A DNA stretch of 64,000 bases from Terriglobia bacterium (GTDB taxonomy: Bacteria > Acidobacteriota > Terriglobia > Terriglobales > Acidobacteriaceae), in assembly GCA_963743105.1 (NCBI GenBank), contig CAVUOS010000022.1, positions 67,044 through 131,043 of the forward strand. The letters run 5' to 3'. The first letter of the stretch is position 1, and each line of letters begins with the position of its first letter. The position numbers and the translations under genes were made by a program. Under the pieces are notes generated by a model. The model made no database searches, was not told the origin of the DNA, and was given only the letters and a program-made list of their open reading frames with translations. This document shows, one piece after another, positions 53,086 to 63,564 of the stretch.

Positions 53086-55563
53086 CTACTCCTCTCTCAG
53101 GGCCTTCGCCGGATCCAGCGCCGCAGCTCGCCGCGCCGGCATCCACGATGACAGCGCTGCGATCAGCAAGAACAGCAGCACCATTGCATGCGTAAGTCGC
53201 GGGATCGGTCGCCCGCACACCGACCAGCATCGCCTTCATCAGTCGTGTCAGTCCAAATGCTGCGATCAGGCCACACGCCACTCCAATCGCGCTCAGACGG
53301 AATCCCTGCGCGACCACCAAGTTGAAATACTCTCGCCGGTTCGGCTCCCAGCGCCATGCGTACGCCGATCTCCGCCGTGCGGTGTCGTACCGTGGTCGCC
53401 AGCACGCCATACAGACCCACTCCGGCCAGCACTCCAGCGATCGTCGCAAACACTCCGATCAGCAGCAACGAGAATCGCGTTCCGGATTGCGCCTTCTCCA
53501 TCAGAGCGTCCCCGGTCTGGATCTCGTTCACCACCACTTGCGAATCCACTTCTCTCACCGCTGCGCCAACCGCGTTGGCATAATTGGTCGGATCATTGCG
53601 CGTCCGAATCGCCCAGAAATTCGACCGCGCCCGATCCCACGAAAGCATCCGTGAAATAAACTTGTTCCCGCCCCACTTCCGTCAGCGAGTTTTCACGCTG
53701 GTGCCGCACCACGCCGACAATCTGCACCCATTCCGCTTGCGGCGTGCGCACACGAATCAGAATTCGCCGTCCCACTGCCGATTGCCCGTGGAACGCCTTC
53801 TTGGCAAGAATGTCATCGACGACCACAAAATTACTTCCCGGCAAATTGTCATCGTCGGTAAACGTTCGCCCCTCGAGAAGTGGAACGTTCATCGTTTCAA
53901 AGTATCCCGGCAGCACAATCTCATTGTCGGTCGCTTGGAACTTGCTGGCATCCGCGAGCGCTTCTTCCGTTCCCCAGCGGATGGGGAAAAACGCGGCCGC
54001 CATCGGGAAGGGATGCCGCTGTCACCTCTCGACTCCGGGAATCGCGCGCAGCCGATCTGTACCCCGCGAATGAAGACCGCAAGTTTTTCCGGCGTGTCGG
54101 CATTTTGCGGAGTTCCTGCGACTTGGAAGATCAATAGCCGATGCGGATCGAATCCCGGATCGATGTGTTGCAGTTCGAAAAAGCTCCGGAACATCAGCCC
54201 AGATCCAACCAGCAGCACGAACGAAAGCGCGACCTCCGCCATGACCACAGTATTCCGCAAAGCACTTCCGCCGATCAGCCCTGCGTTTCGGCCGCTGCCG
54301 CGCAACAGATTCGCCACTCCCGGTCGCGACGCTCGCCAGGCCGGCAGCATCCCGAAAATTCCGATTGCCCCCAGGCACGCGAGGGCAGTGAAGCCAAGAA
54401 CCTCGACGCTGATTCGGATCGTCTCCAAACGCGGCAAATCTTCCGGGGCGAGAACGCGCAGAACGCGGATGCCGATCCAGGCCAGTCCCAAACCCCCGAG
54501 CGCACCCACAACCGCAAGTAGCGCTGCTTCCGTCAGCAGTGGAACCACCAATCGCCAGCGATTTCCCCCGAGTGCCGCGCGCACGGCAAGTTCCCGCTCC
54601 CGCAGTGACGCACGCACCAGCAGAAGATTCGCCACATTCGCGCACGCAATGAGCAGCAGGAAAACGGCTGCTCCCATCAGCGCCACAATCGCCGGCTGCA
54701 CCTTGGAAACCATGTGCTGCCGCAGTGGCTCCAGACTTATGTGATACCCGGCTGTCCCCGAGATCACGTCACTCTTCCGCGTCTCCGCCGCGACTTTCTC
54801 CACCGCTTCCCGGCCTTGTTCTTGTGTCGCTCCAGGCATCAATTTCCCAATGGCGCGAATGGAAAACGAGTTCCGTTCGGCGACATCGTAGCCCAGACGA
54901 TTGGCGATCCATATGTCCGGCGCCTCTTCTTCACCCGCATCCGGAGGAAAATACAGCCGGAAATTCGGAGCAAGCACTCCCACCACGATTGGACTCGGAC
55001 CGCCGCTCGAACGCATTGGATGGCCCAGAATCGCCGCATTCGCGCCATAGCGGCGCTGAAAATATTCGTAGCTGAGCATGGCGATCGCTGGCTTTTGAGC
55101 CGTCGGCGGAGCTCCCGGCGCGGCGGCCAGGCTGTGGTGCCCCATCGTCATCGTGAAAGTCGCGGCCGATCTGGATTCTTCCCCCCAGCATGCGGAAAAA
55201 GTTCGTGGTTACGATCGCAATCCGCGCCTGCTCTGGAGTCCCGTCATCGTGCAGGATGACCTGTCGGAACGTGAACACGCCGGCATAGTCCTCGAAGGCC
55301 TGCTTCGTACCGTCCCGCATGTCGATGAAATCGGCGTTCGAAAACGGCAGGTCCCGCACATGCCGCTGCCGCAGTTCCATTCCCGCAAACATCAGCCGAT
55401 CTGCATCCTTGTAGGGAAGCGGCTGCAACAACACCGCATTCGCGACACTGAAAATCGCAGTGCTCGCCCCGATGCCAAGTGCAATCGTGACAACCGCGGT
55501 CAAGGTGAACAGAGGGCTGCGAGAGAGATACCCGAATCGCGATCTTCAATTCTGTAGTGCCAC
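53086..55563 (-). CDS. ADOP-type duplicated MacB/FtsX permease (frame interrupted many times)
   Basis: AAGGAGGG lies before the GTG at 55563. The N-terminus ..[53 protein letters not shown] is followed by two FtsX modules (ORFs 54931..55503, 53889..55151, 53593..54003, 53163..53648). The restored C-terminus is ...[19 protein letters not shown], with the stop at 53086-53088. Confidence 0.8.
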
Positions 55564-55852
55564 AGAACCCTCCTTCGTGCGCTCAAATTTGATCACAGCG
55601 TGGGAATGGAAGCCCAGGTTCTGTGCCGAAGTTATATCTGGAACGTGTAAGGGAGATCGAGAAACCTAGCTTGTCGAGCATCTTTCGATCCCGAATCGCG
55701 CTAGTCGAATGGAGGCCGGCTCGGCCAAACTTCCGATTCAGGATTTTCCACAGGCGGATGCGATGACTGTGACATCTGACCTTGCGCCTGCACTCGAATA
55801 GGCGGATCATTGCCAAAGCGAAAGCACTAGAGGAATCAGCAAGCAGGATCGA

Positions 55853-55970
55853 GCTAACTCCTTTGCCGCCAAGATTTTGCCGCTAAGTCGATGTGGCAGA
55901 AGATTTTCGAGGCATTTTCCCCTAACTCGATGATTCCAATAGACCAGGGGAGGAGGGGGTATACCCCTTC
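55853..55970 (-). repeat. dispersed ~115-nt repeat, copy B (inverted partner of 33534-33648)
   Basis: The reverse complement reads GGGGTATACCCCCTCCTCCCCTGGTCTATTGGAATC...GGGGAAAATGCC...GACTTAGCGGCAAAATCTTGG, colinear with copy A. Confidence 0.6.
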
Positions 55971-56204
55971 GACCCACGGAATTCCTAAAACGGAACTAAC
56001 CTGGCATCGACCGCCTGAGCGTGGTGGAAATTTATTTCCGGCGAATCCCAGCAACCGAGAATAGTTAGTAGACAGGCCTGGTTTTCCTTCGTGGACCTTC
56101 GCGTCTTTTGTGGTTGATGCATTCGCCTCAACTTTCCCTTGACGCCTGGTTGATCGGTTCTATACCATGACGAGAACAAGTTCGCTCTTCGGAGCGGACC
56201 TGAA

Positions 56205-56317
56205 TTTCATGCAGAGTGGCTGAGGGACGAGCCCTGATGACGCCACGGCAACCGATCCGGGATCATATATCCCGGGTGACTGGTGCCAACTCTCTCCTGG
56301 AAACAGGGAACATGGGA
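56205..56317 (+). promoter_or_regulatory. SAM-I (S-box) riboswitch aptamer
   Basis: P1 is 56205-56211 with 56311-56317. The junction reads CAGAGUGGCUGAGGGA. P2 is GUGGC/GCCAC, with CGAGCCCUGAUGA. GGCAACC is present. P3 is CCGGGA-ucauaua-UCCCGG. GGUGCCAACUC is present. P4 is CCUG-GAAA-CAGG. All of this fits the four-way-junction consensus. Confidence 0.8.
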
Positions 56318-56374
56318 TTCGGCAAGCGCGCTGTATTTGCTTTCCGATAGCCTCTTTTCCTTTTCCTGGAAAAA

Positions 56375-56404
56375 GAGGCCATTTGCTTTTTATGGCCGCT
56401 TTTT
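56375..56404 (+). terminator. riboswitch expression-platform terminator
   Basis: GAGGCCAT-ttgcttttt-ATGGCCGC followed by TTTTT. An alternative upstream hairpin, CCTCTTTTCC/GGAAAAAGAGG (56351-56378), overlaps its 5' arm. Confidence 0.65.
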
Positions 56405-56465
56405 CCGGCTCGTCCTCAGCTATTCGCATGATTTCGAGTTACGGAACAAGAAAGCGAGTAGCAAC

Positions 56466-57767
56466 ATGTCTCACTACGAACTGCGGTGCCGCGAATGCGG
56501 ACGGACGTGGGGAAACCAGCCCCGCTCCATCTGCGACGACTGTTTTTCTCCTCTGGAAGTGGCCTACGACTACGACGCACTGAAGGCGTCGGTCAGCCGT
56601 GAGCGCATTTCCCAGCGGGCACCGAACATGTGGCGCTACTCCGAACTGTTGCCCCTCCCCCAAGGCTTCACCCGCAAGATTGCCGGTTGGCTTCACGCCG
56701 CTGTTCAACGCGCCGCAACTGGCGCAGAAGTTGAGCAGCACGACTGCCGCAAGCAATCTGTACATCAAGAACGACGCTGTCTGTCTACCCACATTGAGTT
56801 TCAAGGATCGTGTCGTGGCCGTAGCCCTCTCCCAAGCTCGCGCCTTCGGCTTCGACACTGTCTCGTGCTCGTCGACCGGAAATCTGGCAAACGCCGTTGC
56901 CGCGCACGCCGCGCGCGAAGGCCTGAAGGCATGGATCTTCATTCCTGTCCGATCTCGAGCCGGCGAAGATTCTCGGCACAAATGTTTTCGGCGCAAAGGT
57001 TGTTCGCATCGCCGGAAACTATGATCAGGTCAACCGTCTCTGTTCGCAGATCGCTGACGAGCATCGCTGGGGATTCGTGAACGTCAATCTGCGTCCGTAT
57101 TACGCGGAAGGATCGAAGACAGTCGGCTTCGAAATCGCCGAGCAACTCGGCTGGCGCTTGCCCGACAACATTGTCTGTCCGATGGCTGGCGGATCGCTGA
57201 TCACCAAAATCAGGAAAGCATTTGACGAGTTGATCAAGCTCGGCTTGGTCGAAGCCGAAGGAAGTGAAGTTCTTCGGCGCGCAAGCGACCGGATGCTCTC
57301 CGATCTCGACTGCCGTAAAGACAGGTAGTGCGGAGATCGAGCCGCAGAAGCCGAATACGATCGCCCGTTCGCTGGCGATCGGCAATCCCGCCGACGGACA
57401 CTACGCGATCAAGACGATCAAGAACAGCGGAGGATGGAGCGAAGACATCAGCGATCCCGAAGTAGTCGACTCGATTCGCCTGCTGGCCGAGAGCGAAGGC
57501 ATCTTCACCGAGACCGCCGGTGGAGTTACCGTTGGATGCGCTGGAAAGCTGTATCGCCAGGACCGCATCCTGCCTGATGAGACCACGGTTCTGTGCATCA
57601 CCGGCAATGGTTTGAAGACCACCGACGTGCTTGCAGGCGTGTATAAGACCGAGCGTCCGATTGCGCCGAAGTTGACGGAATTCGAGGCGTACCTGCAGCA
57701 GACGCTGGATGTGGACGAAGTTCCCGGCGTCATCGCAGCGGCGCAAGAAGCCGCCGTAGGAGCGTAG
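56466..57767 (+). CDS. threonine synthase-family PLP enzyme with N-terminal zinc ribbon (ThrC-like/MetM-like; frame interrupted about four times)
   Basis: MSHYELRCRECGRTWGNQPRSICDDCFSPLEV, then TPLFNAPQLAQKL..NLYIKNDAVCLPTLSFKDRVVAVALSQA (the PLP Lys motif), SSTGNLANAVAAHAAREGLKAWIFIP, NVNLRPYYAEGSKTVGFEIAEQLGW and GIFTETAGGVT, spread across ORFs 56283.., 56599.., 57077.. and 57264..57767. Confidence 0.8.
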
Positions 57768-57769
57768 TC

Positions 57770-58051
57770 ATGCCAATCACCGTGCAGATCCCCACTGCAT
57801 TGCGGCGTCACACGGACGGAGTTGGCTCGATCACCTGCGCCGCATCCAATCTGGGCGAGCTGTTCTCCGTTCTGGACGAGAAGTTCCCGGAACTCAAGCC
57901 CCACCTGCGCGACGACAAGGGCCAGATCCGCCGCTTCCTGAACATCTACGTCAACGAAGAAGACATCCGCTTTCTCGGCGGACAGACGTATGCCTTCCAG
58001 GAAGGCGATGAAGTTCTGCTGGTGCCCTCGATCGCGGGAGGAGTCGAGTAG
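57770..58051 (+). CDS. MoaD/ThiS-family beta-grasp sulfur-carrier protein (MetO-like), C-terminus ...AGG-VE
   Basis: 93-aa intact ORF starting 3 nt after the ThrC-like stop: MPITVQIPTALRRHT...FLNIYVNEEDIRFLGGQTYAFQEGDEVLLVPSIAGGVE. It has the MoaD/ThiS length and pattern, with the GG followed by two extra residues. Confidence 0.75.
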   Translation: MPITVQIPTALRRHTDGVGSITCAASNLGELFSVLDEKFPELKPHLRDDKGQIRRFLNIYVNEEDIRFLGGQTYAFQEGDEVLLVPSIAGGVE

Positions 58052-58405
58052 TCGCATTCCCCTCGTTCGAATTCGAACTCAAGCCTGACCTAGAACAGAA
58101 GAACATCTCCGCGAGACACCTCACTGTTATCTTCTTGCTGTTGCTCCCGCCTCTCTTCGCCGCTCGTCGTCACGGCACCGCAAAATCTACAAGACGTCTC
58201 CGCACAGGCTAGCCCACAAGCACTTTTCGGATGTGTGTTCAGTGTGAAGATCACAATTCAATAATTGACATTTTGGTGACGACAATTCGAGCTACCGATT
58301 TGTTGCCCGCTACGTCTGAGTCGCATCGTCGCCGCGCTGGCAGCGGAGTCTGACGTCTCGGTTGCAAACGAACGAGGATGCGCGGCAGCGATTCCGGAGT
58401 GGTCT

Positions 58406-59483
58406 ATGACGAGTCGCCTGATTGCTGTAGTTCTCCTTCTCCTCGGCACAGCCTGTGCGCAAATCCAACGGGAATCTGATGACGTGGTGCGACGATTGCG
58501 AGTGCGGGTTGCATTCGGGGACCACGCGCCCTGTGATTCTTCCACTCGCGTTCAGCTCACCGGAACCATGGGCTTTGCCCTCGCGGAAGGTTCGGTGAAC
58601 GGCGAATGCATTGCGGAGTTCTACGATGTTCCCGCCGGTCGGTATCGTGCAACGGTTCGCGGTGAAGATGCCACGAACGCGGACGAAGGCGACGTCGATG
58701 TCAATCCGGTTATCAACCAGGACCTGGAAGTCCGGGCACGACATACCGAAAAATCGGATCCGGGTTCCTGGGCGGCACACGCATCATTCATCTCGGTAAC
58801 CGAACTTGGAGTCCCATCGAGCGCCGCAAAGGAATTCGAAAAAGCGAGCCGCATGATCGCGAGGCAGGATTGGGCGAAAGCGACAGAACGCCTGCAAAAA
58901 GGGCTCACACTCAGCCCCAACTACGCCGCCGGATACAACAACCTCGGCGCAGTCTATTCCCACTTGGGCAACAACGCGCTCGCACGCGAAGCGCTACAAC
59001 GGGCGATCTCCCTGGACGACCGTTTGGCACCAGCGTATGTCAACCTCGGCCGGCTCAGCTTTCTCGAAAAGGACTATTCCAGCGCGGAAGCGTTCTTAAC
59101 TAAAGCCATCAGTATGGCTCCGGCCGCGAATGCAGACGAACTGCTTCTGCTCGCCTACGCGGAACTCACTGATCATCATCTGGATCAGGCACTTCAGACA
59201 AGCCACCAAGGACATTCGTCAAAACTAAATCGACCATGCACCCTTGCACCTGGTTGCTGCCAGGGCTTACGAGCTACAAAGCAAGATCGCGGATTCGATG
59301 TCAGAACTGGAGTTTTACCTTAGCGAGGAACCGAACGGTATTCAGTCAGAGAAAGTCCGAAAAGCGCTGGCGACATTCCAGGCGATAACCGCGAGCACGT
59401 TGATCTTCGTTACAGCGGTCAGTATTGCGGTTCCGCCGAAACCTGTCCGGTTGACAAGCGCAGTGCCTTCGACCGATCGATGA
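58406..59483 (+). CDS. secreted TPR-repeat protein with N-terminal beta-sandwich (CarboxypepD_reg-like) domain (frame interrupted near 59230; 3' end uncertain)
   Basis: ORFs 58406..59323 and 59244..59483. It has a lipoprotein-like signal (LLLLGTACAQ) and TPR motifs (AAGYNNLGAVYSHLGNNALAREALQRAISLDDRLAPAYVNLGRL). Its tail overlaps the convergent deacetylase gene. Confidence 0.6.
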
Positions 59484-60413
59484 CCCATTGCGGAAACACT
59501 GGCGCGCCCTGCGGAATCTTGCCCTGCGTAATGGCCCAGTGATCGATCCAGCCGCTGCCTTCTTCTCCGACATAAGTATCGGGCAGGCTGTAGGCATGAT
59601 CGCCGAGCGCGTCTTCCAGCGTGATGAAGCGATATCCTCGCTTGCGCAGAACGTCGAGCAGTTCGCCAATGTGGTCGGCCTCCAGGTTGCTCGCATGCAG
59701 CAGCAGGATCTGCTTCGGTTCGTAACCGACGAGCTTGGCGGAAGTTGCTCGGAATAGGCGAACACTGCGTCGTGATAGCGCAAGATACTCTTTCACGATC
59801 TGTTGCTGCAGGCTGTGTCGTTACGCTTCTTGGCGTCTTCGTAGAGCCCGGCGAACATCCAGTCCCATCCATCAAGCGTGATGGGAGCGATGCGGTATCC
59901 GCGCTCGACCAGGAATGCTTCCGCTTGCGCCGCGTCTGCAGGTCGCGTCCGGTGTCGAGATAGGGATGACGGAAATACCGCAACTTCATTTTGCGCTGCG
60001 CCGAGCAACATCCGAGTCACGCTCTCGCCCTGGATCACATCGTCTTCCCACGCTTTCAGACCCACTCTGATTCAGCGACGCATGGGTGAAGGTGTGATTC
60101 CCCAGTTCAAATCCGTAGTCAAGCCACATCTGGAGAGCCTTGATGCGCTCGTCGACTTCGCCCGGCTTATAGAGCTTCTTTTCGTTGACGAAACCGACGA
60201 CAGGAATCTTCTGGTCGCGCAGTAGTGCCCAGCAGCTTGGCCGTCATCGCGGTGATGTCAGCCGCGGGCATGCGGTCGGCCATGCCCGCAGGCAGATCAT
60301 CAATCGTGATGGCAACCTGGCGGTCCGGCTTTGTTGGGTCTGCGAAGTGCGCGGACGAAGAGGACAAAGCAATTGAGACAAGAACTGACGAGGAACATCG
60401 CCAGCCGTTTCAT
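59419..60413 (-). CDS. polysaccharide deacetylase (NodB homology) family protein, secreted (frame interrupted several times)
   Basis: Signal peptide MKRLAMFLVSSCL. The segments QVAITIDDLP, FELGNHTFTHASL, YFRHPYLDTG, GYRIAPITLDGWDW and ILLLHASNLEADHIGELLDVLRKRGYRFITLEDAL are spread across ORFs 60167.., 59793.., 59342.. and 59419..59796. Confidence 0.75.
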
Positions 60414-60555
60414 GCGAATGATCCTCTTGAGCATGATGGAAGAGCGAAAACCGAAGGACACTAAGTTTCACAGAGGAAGGCCAGTGCGACCGAGTTCGGG
60501 AGTCATTAGAACATGAAGGGGCTGGGAACGTCGAGCAATCGGGAGACCTCGCATC

Positions 60556-60592
60556 TTGACAGAGTCCTGTATAATCTAACTAACTGGTTAAT
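60556..60592 (+). promoter_or_regulatory. promoter-like elements and candidate TetR operator
   Basis: TTGACA (60556-60561) and TG-TATAAT (60568-60575) are only 8 nt apart, so they cannot be one promoter. The inverted repeat ACTAAC-tg-GTTAAT is at 60579-60592, just upstream of the TetR gene. Confidence 0.3.
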
Positions 60593-60600
60593 TAAGTAAT

Positions 60601-61297
60601 ATGGCTCGCCTCTTTCATCACGGTCCCGGTTTGCATCGCCGCATGGGATCGCGCGGGCAGCCGGAGGAGAGCCGGGCAGCCATTCTGCAGGCGGCGGCGC
60701 ACGAGTTTGCCGAGCATGGCATTGCCGGGAGCGCGCACCGATGCGATTGCCCGCGAGGCGCGGGTCAACAAAGCCCTGCTTTACTACTACTTCAAAGATA
60801 AAGAAACGCTTTACGGCGCGGTGCTGGACGATGCGTTCTCGGGTCTGAAGAAGACCGTGTTTGCGGTGCTCGATAGCGACTTGCCGCCGCGCGAAAAGAT
60901 GCTGGCCTATGCGGGGGCGTATTTCGATTTCGTCGCTTCGAACCAGATGTATCCACGGCTGATGCAGCGGGAGATGATGCGGGCGCGCGAAGGCCAGTCG
61001 CCGCACATCGACAAGGTCATCAAGAACTATATTCGGCCGATTTTTGGGCGGGTCGGCGAGCTGATGCGAAAGGGAATCGCCGACGGCGAGTTTCGTCCGG
61101 TGAATCCGGCGCACTTTGTGCCCTCGATGGTTGCGATGATCGTCTTCTATTTCAGCAGCGCCCCCATGATGCAGAAGATCGTGGGCTTCAATCCCCTGAC
61201 TCCGGAACGGATCGCCGAACGGCGCGCCGCAATACTGGATTTTATTTCCGCTGCATTGTTTCGTCCTAAGAACGCTACGCAAGGAGCACGCTCATGA
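60601..61297 (+). CDS. TetR/AcrR family transcriptional regulator (frame interrupted once near 60725)
   Basis: ORFs 60601..60801 and 60707..61297: SRAAILQAAAHEFAEHGIAG/ARTDAIAREARVNKALLYYYFKDKETLY, the HTH motif. The true start may be the ATG at 60643. Confidence 0.8.
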
Positions 61298-62393
61298 GCG
61301 CGCGCAACCGTTTTTTCATTCTGCTGGGAATTATCTTCGTGATCGCCGCGTCGTATTACTTTTTCTCGACGGACCACTCGCGGGATCTGGTATTGATCGG
61401 TACCGTCGATGCGAACCAGGTGATCGTCAGTGCGCAGGTCAGAGGCCGCATCCAGAAGTTGCTCGTCGATGAGGGCACGCCCGTGAAAGCGGGAGATCTG
61501 ATTGCGGTGCTGGATCCCTCAGAACTACAGGCGCAAGAGGCCGCAGCCACGGCGGCGATTTCCAGCCTGCAGCACAAAGTCACGGAGATGGAGCATACGG
61601 AAGAATCGACCACGGGGTCGACCACGAGCGATGTCGCGAATGCGCAGGCCAAGCTGTCGTCGGCGAAGGCACAATTGATTCAGGCGAATGCCCAGCTGGA
61701 TCGCACCCAGAGTGACAGCCGGCGAATGATTGCACTGGCGAAGGCGGGTATCGCGTCGGACCAGGAACGCGTGCAGGCGGAAACCAACTTGCAGGCCGCG
61801 CAGGCGATCGTGCAGGCGCAACAGGAACTCGTGCGGGCCGCCGAAGCCGATCTGAAAGCGCCGCGACGGCGCGCACCCATCAGGCGAACGCCGCGAGGAG
61901 CACCGTGGCCGCCACTGAGGCCGACCTAAAGAATGCCATCGCGCAGAAGAACCAGGCGGCAGTTCGGCTGGGTTACACGAACGTGTACGCACCCGTGAGT
62001 GGAACAGTTTCCGTGCGTGCCGCGCGGCAAGGAGAAGTCATGAACATCGGTGCGCCGATCGTGACCATCGTGGATCTGAGCGACACTTGGGCGCGGGCGG
62101 CGATTCCTGAAACCTACGCCGACCATATCGGATACGGCGACGTGCTGCGCGTTCGCCTGCCCGGTGGAACTGTGATGAGCGGGAAAGTCTTCTTCAAAGG
62201 GGTGGAAGGAGACTTCGCTACGCAGCGCGATGTCAGCCGCCGCAAGCGCGATATCAAGACCATTGTGCTGAAGGTCCGCCTGGAGAATCCCAAGGGCGCA
62301 TTTGTGCCGGGAATGACGGCCGAAGTCCTGGTGTCGCCGGAGCAAATGAAGGGCAACGGCGGGCCAGAGTGCCGCGTCTGCGGAGCAACATGA
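61294..62393 (+). CDS. HlyD-family membrane fusion (periplasmic adaptor) protein (frame interrupted near 61860-61905)
   Basis: ORFs 61294..61929 and 61905..62393. It has a TM anchor, GRIQKLLVDEGTPVKAGDLIAVLD, a coiled-coil Q/A-rich region, and YTNVYAPVSGTVSVRAARQGEV. ATGA overlaps the TetR stop. Confidence 0.8.
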
Positions 62394-63468
62394 TGATCGG
62401 TCAATTCGAAGCCGAAAGCCTCAAGCACGGGAACGCGTCGGACTGGAGAAGCCGATCTACGATCCGACCGCCCGTCTGCGATCGAGGTCGAGCACATCGT
62501 CAAGAAGTACGGAGACTTTACCGCGGTCGACGATGTATCGTTCAGCGTGAAAGAAGGAGAGATTTTCGGGTTGCTCGGGCCCAACGGAGCAGGGAAGTCA
62601 ACGCTGATCCGGATGATGACCACGCTGATTCCGATCACCTCGGGCAAAGCGCGAATCGCGGGACACGACGTCGCCAAGGAGCCGAACGCCGCGCGGCGCA
62701 TGATTGGCGTGATTCCGCAGGCATTGACCAGCGACCTCGACCTGACCGTCGAGGAGAACATGAATATCTATGCCAAGCTCTACGACGTTCCCGCGAAGGA
62801 ACGGAAGACGTCGATTGACGAGTTGTTGGAGCTGGTCGACCTGACGAAGTGGCGCGACGCGGCGACAAAGACTCTGTCGGGCGGCATGCGGCGGCGGCTC
62901 GAAATCGCGCGCGGACTAGTTCATCATCCCAGGATTTTCTTCCTGGACGAGCCGACCACGGGCCTGGACCCGGTATCGCGCGTGGCCGTTTGGGAGATGC
63001 TGGGCAACATCAAAGAGCACCGGCACCTCACCATCCTGATTACGACGCACTACATGGATGAAGCCGACCGATTGTGCGATCGCATCGCCATCGTCGATCA
63101 CGGCAAACTCGTTGCGCTGGATACGCCAATGGCACTGAAGGCAAGCGTGCCGGGCTCGAACGTGATCGAAGTCACAGTTCGAGAACCCTCCCGCGGACTG
63201 GGAGCAGCGGCTGCACGCGCTCAATGAAGTGACCTCGGTGCAGCATGAGGGCGCCGGCATGTATCGAGTGCTGACCGGCAATGGCTCGCGAACCACGACG
63301 CAACTGGTCGAGATGGCGGTGCAGAGCGGAGTGCAGGTGAAGTCGCTCTCGGTGCAGAACACGACGCTCGACGACGTATTCGTTCACTACACGGGACGGC
63401 AGCTGCGCGACGAATTGCAGAAGGCGTATGCATTCGTCATGCCGCAACGGCCGGGACTGCAGCCGTGA
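62390..63468 (+). CDS. ABC transporter ATP-binding protein (ABC-2/DrrA-like; frame interrupted at least twice; start uncertain)
   Basis: IEVEHIVKKYGDFTAVDDVSFSVKEGEIFGLLGPNGAGKST (Walker A), LSGGMRRRLEIARGL, IFFLDEPTTGLD, and a C-terminal domain in ORF 63229..63468. Confidence 0.8.
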
Positions 63469-63486
63469 TTTCAGCTTCTGTGTCGG

Positions 63487-63534
63487 CTCTGTGCTCCCTG
63501 GGGTGAAAATCTCTTCACCACAGAGGGCACAGAG
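63487..63534. repeat. CTCTGTG/CACAGAG-type palindromic element
   Basis: CTCTGTGCTCCCTGGGGTGAA-aatctc-TTCACCACAGAGGGCACAGAG, between the ATPase and permease genes. Confidence 0.6.
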
Positions 63535-63564
63535 GTTACAGAGGAAGACCGGAGTTTCGATCTA

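Noticed and set aside
55583-55816. 77-aa ORF upstream of the ADOP permease as a PadR-family regulator, the usual partner of ADOP genes.
   Set aside because: Only a faint W...NRK...RDRKML resemblance to the PadR C-terminus, with no recognisable winged helix in any frame. At most it is a badly eroded remnant, too weak to annotate.
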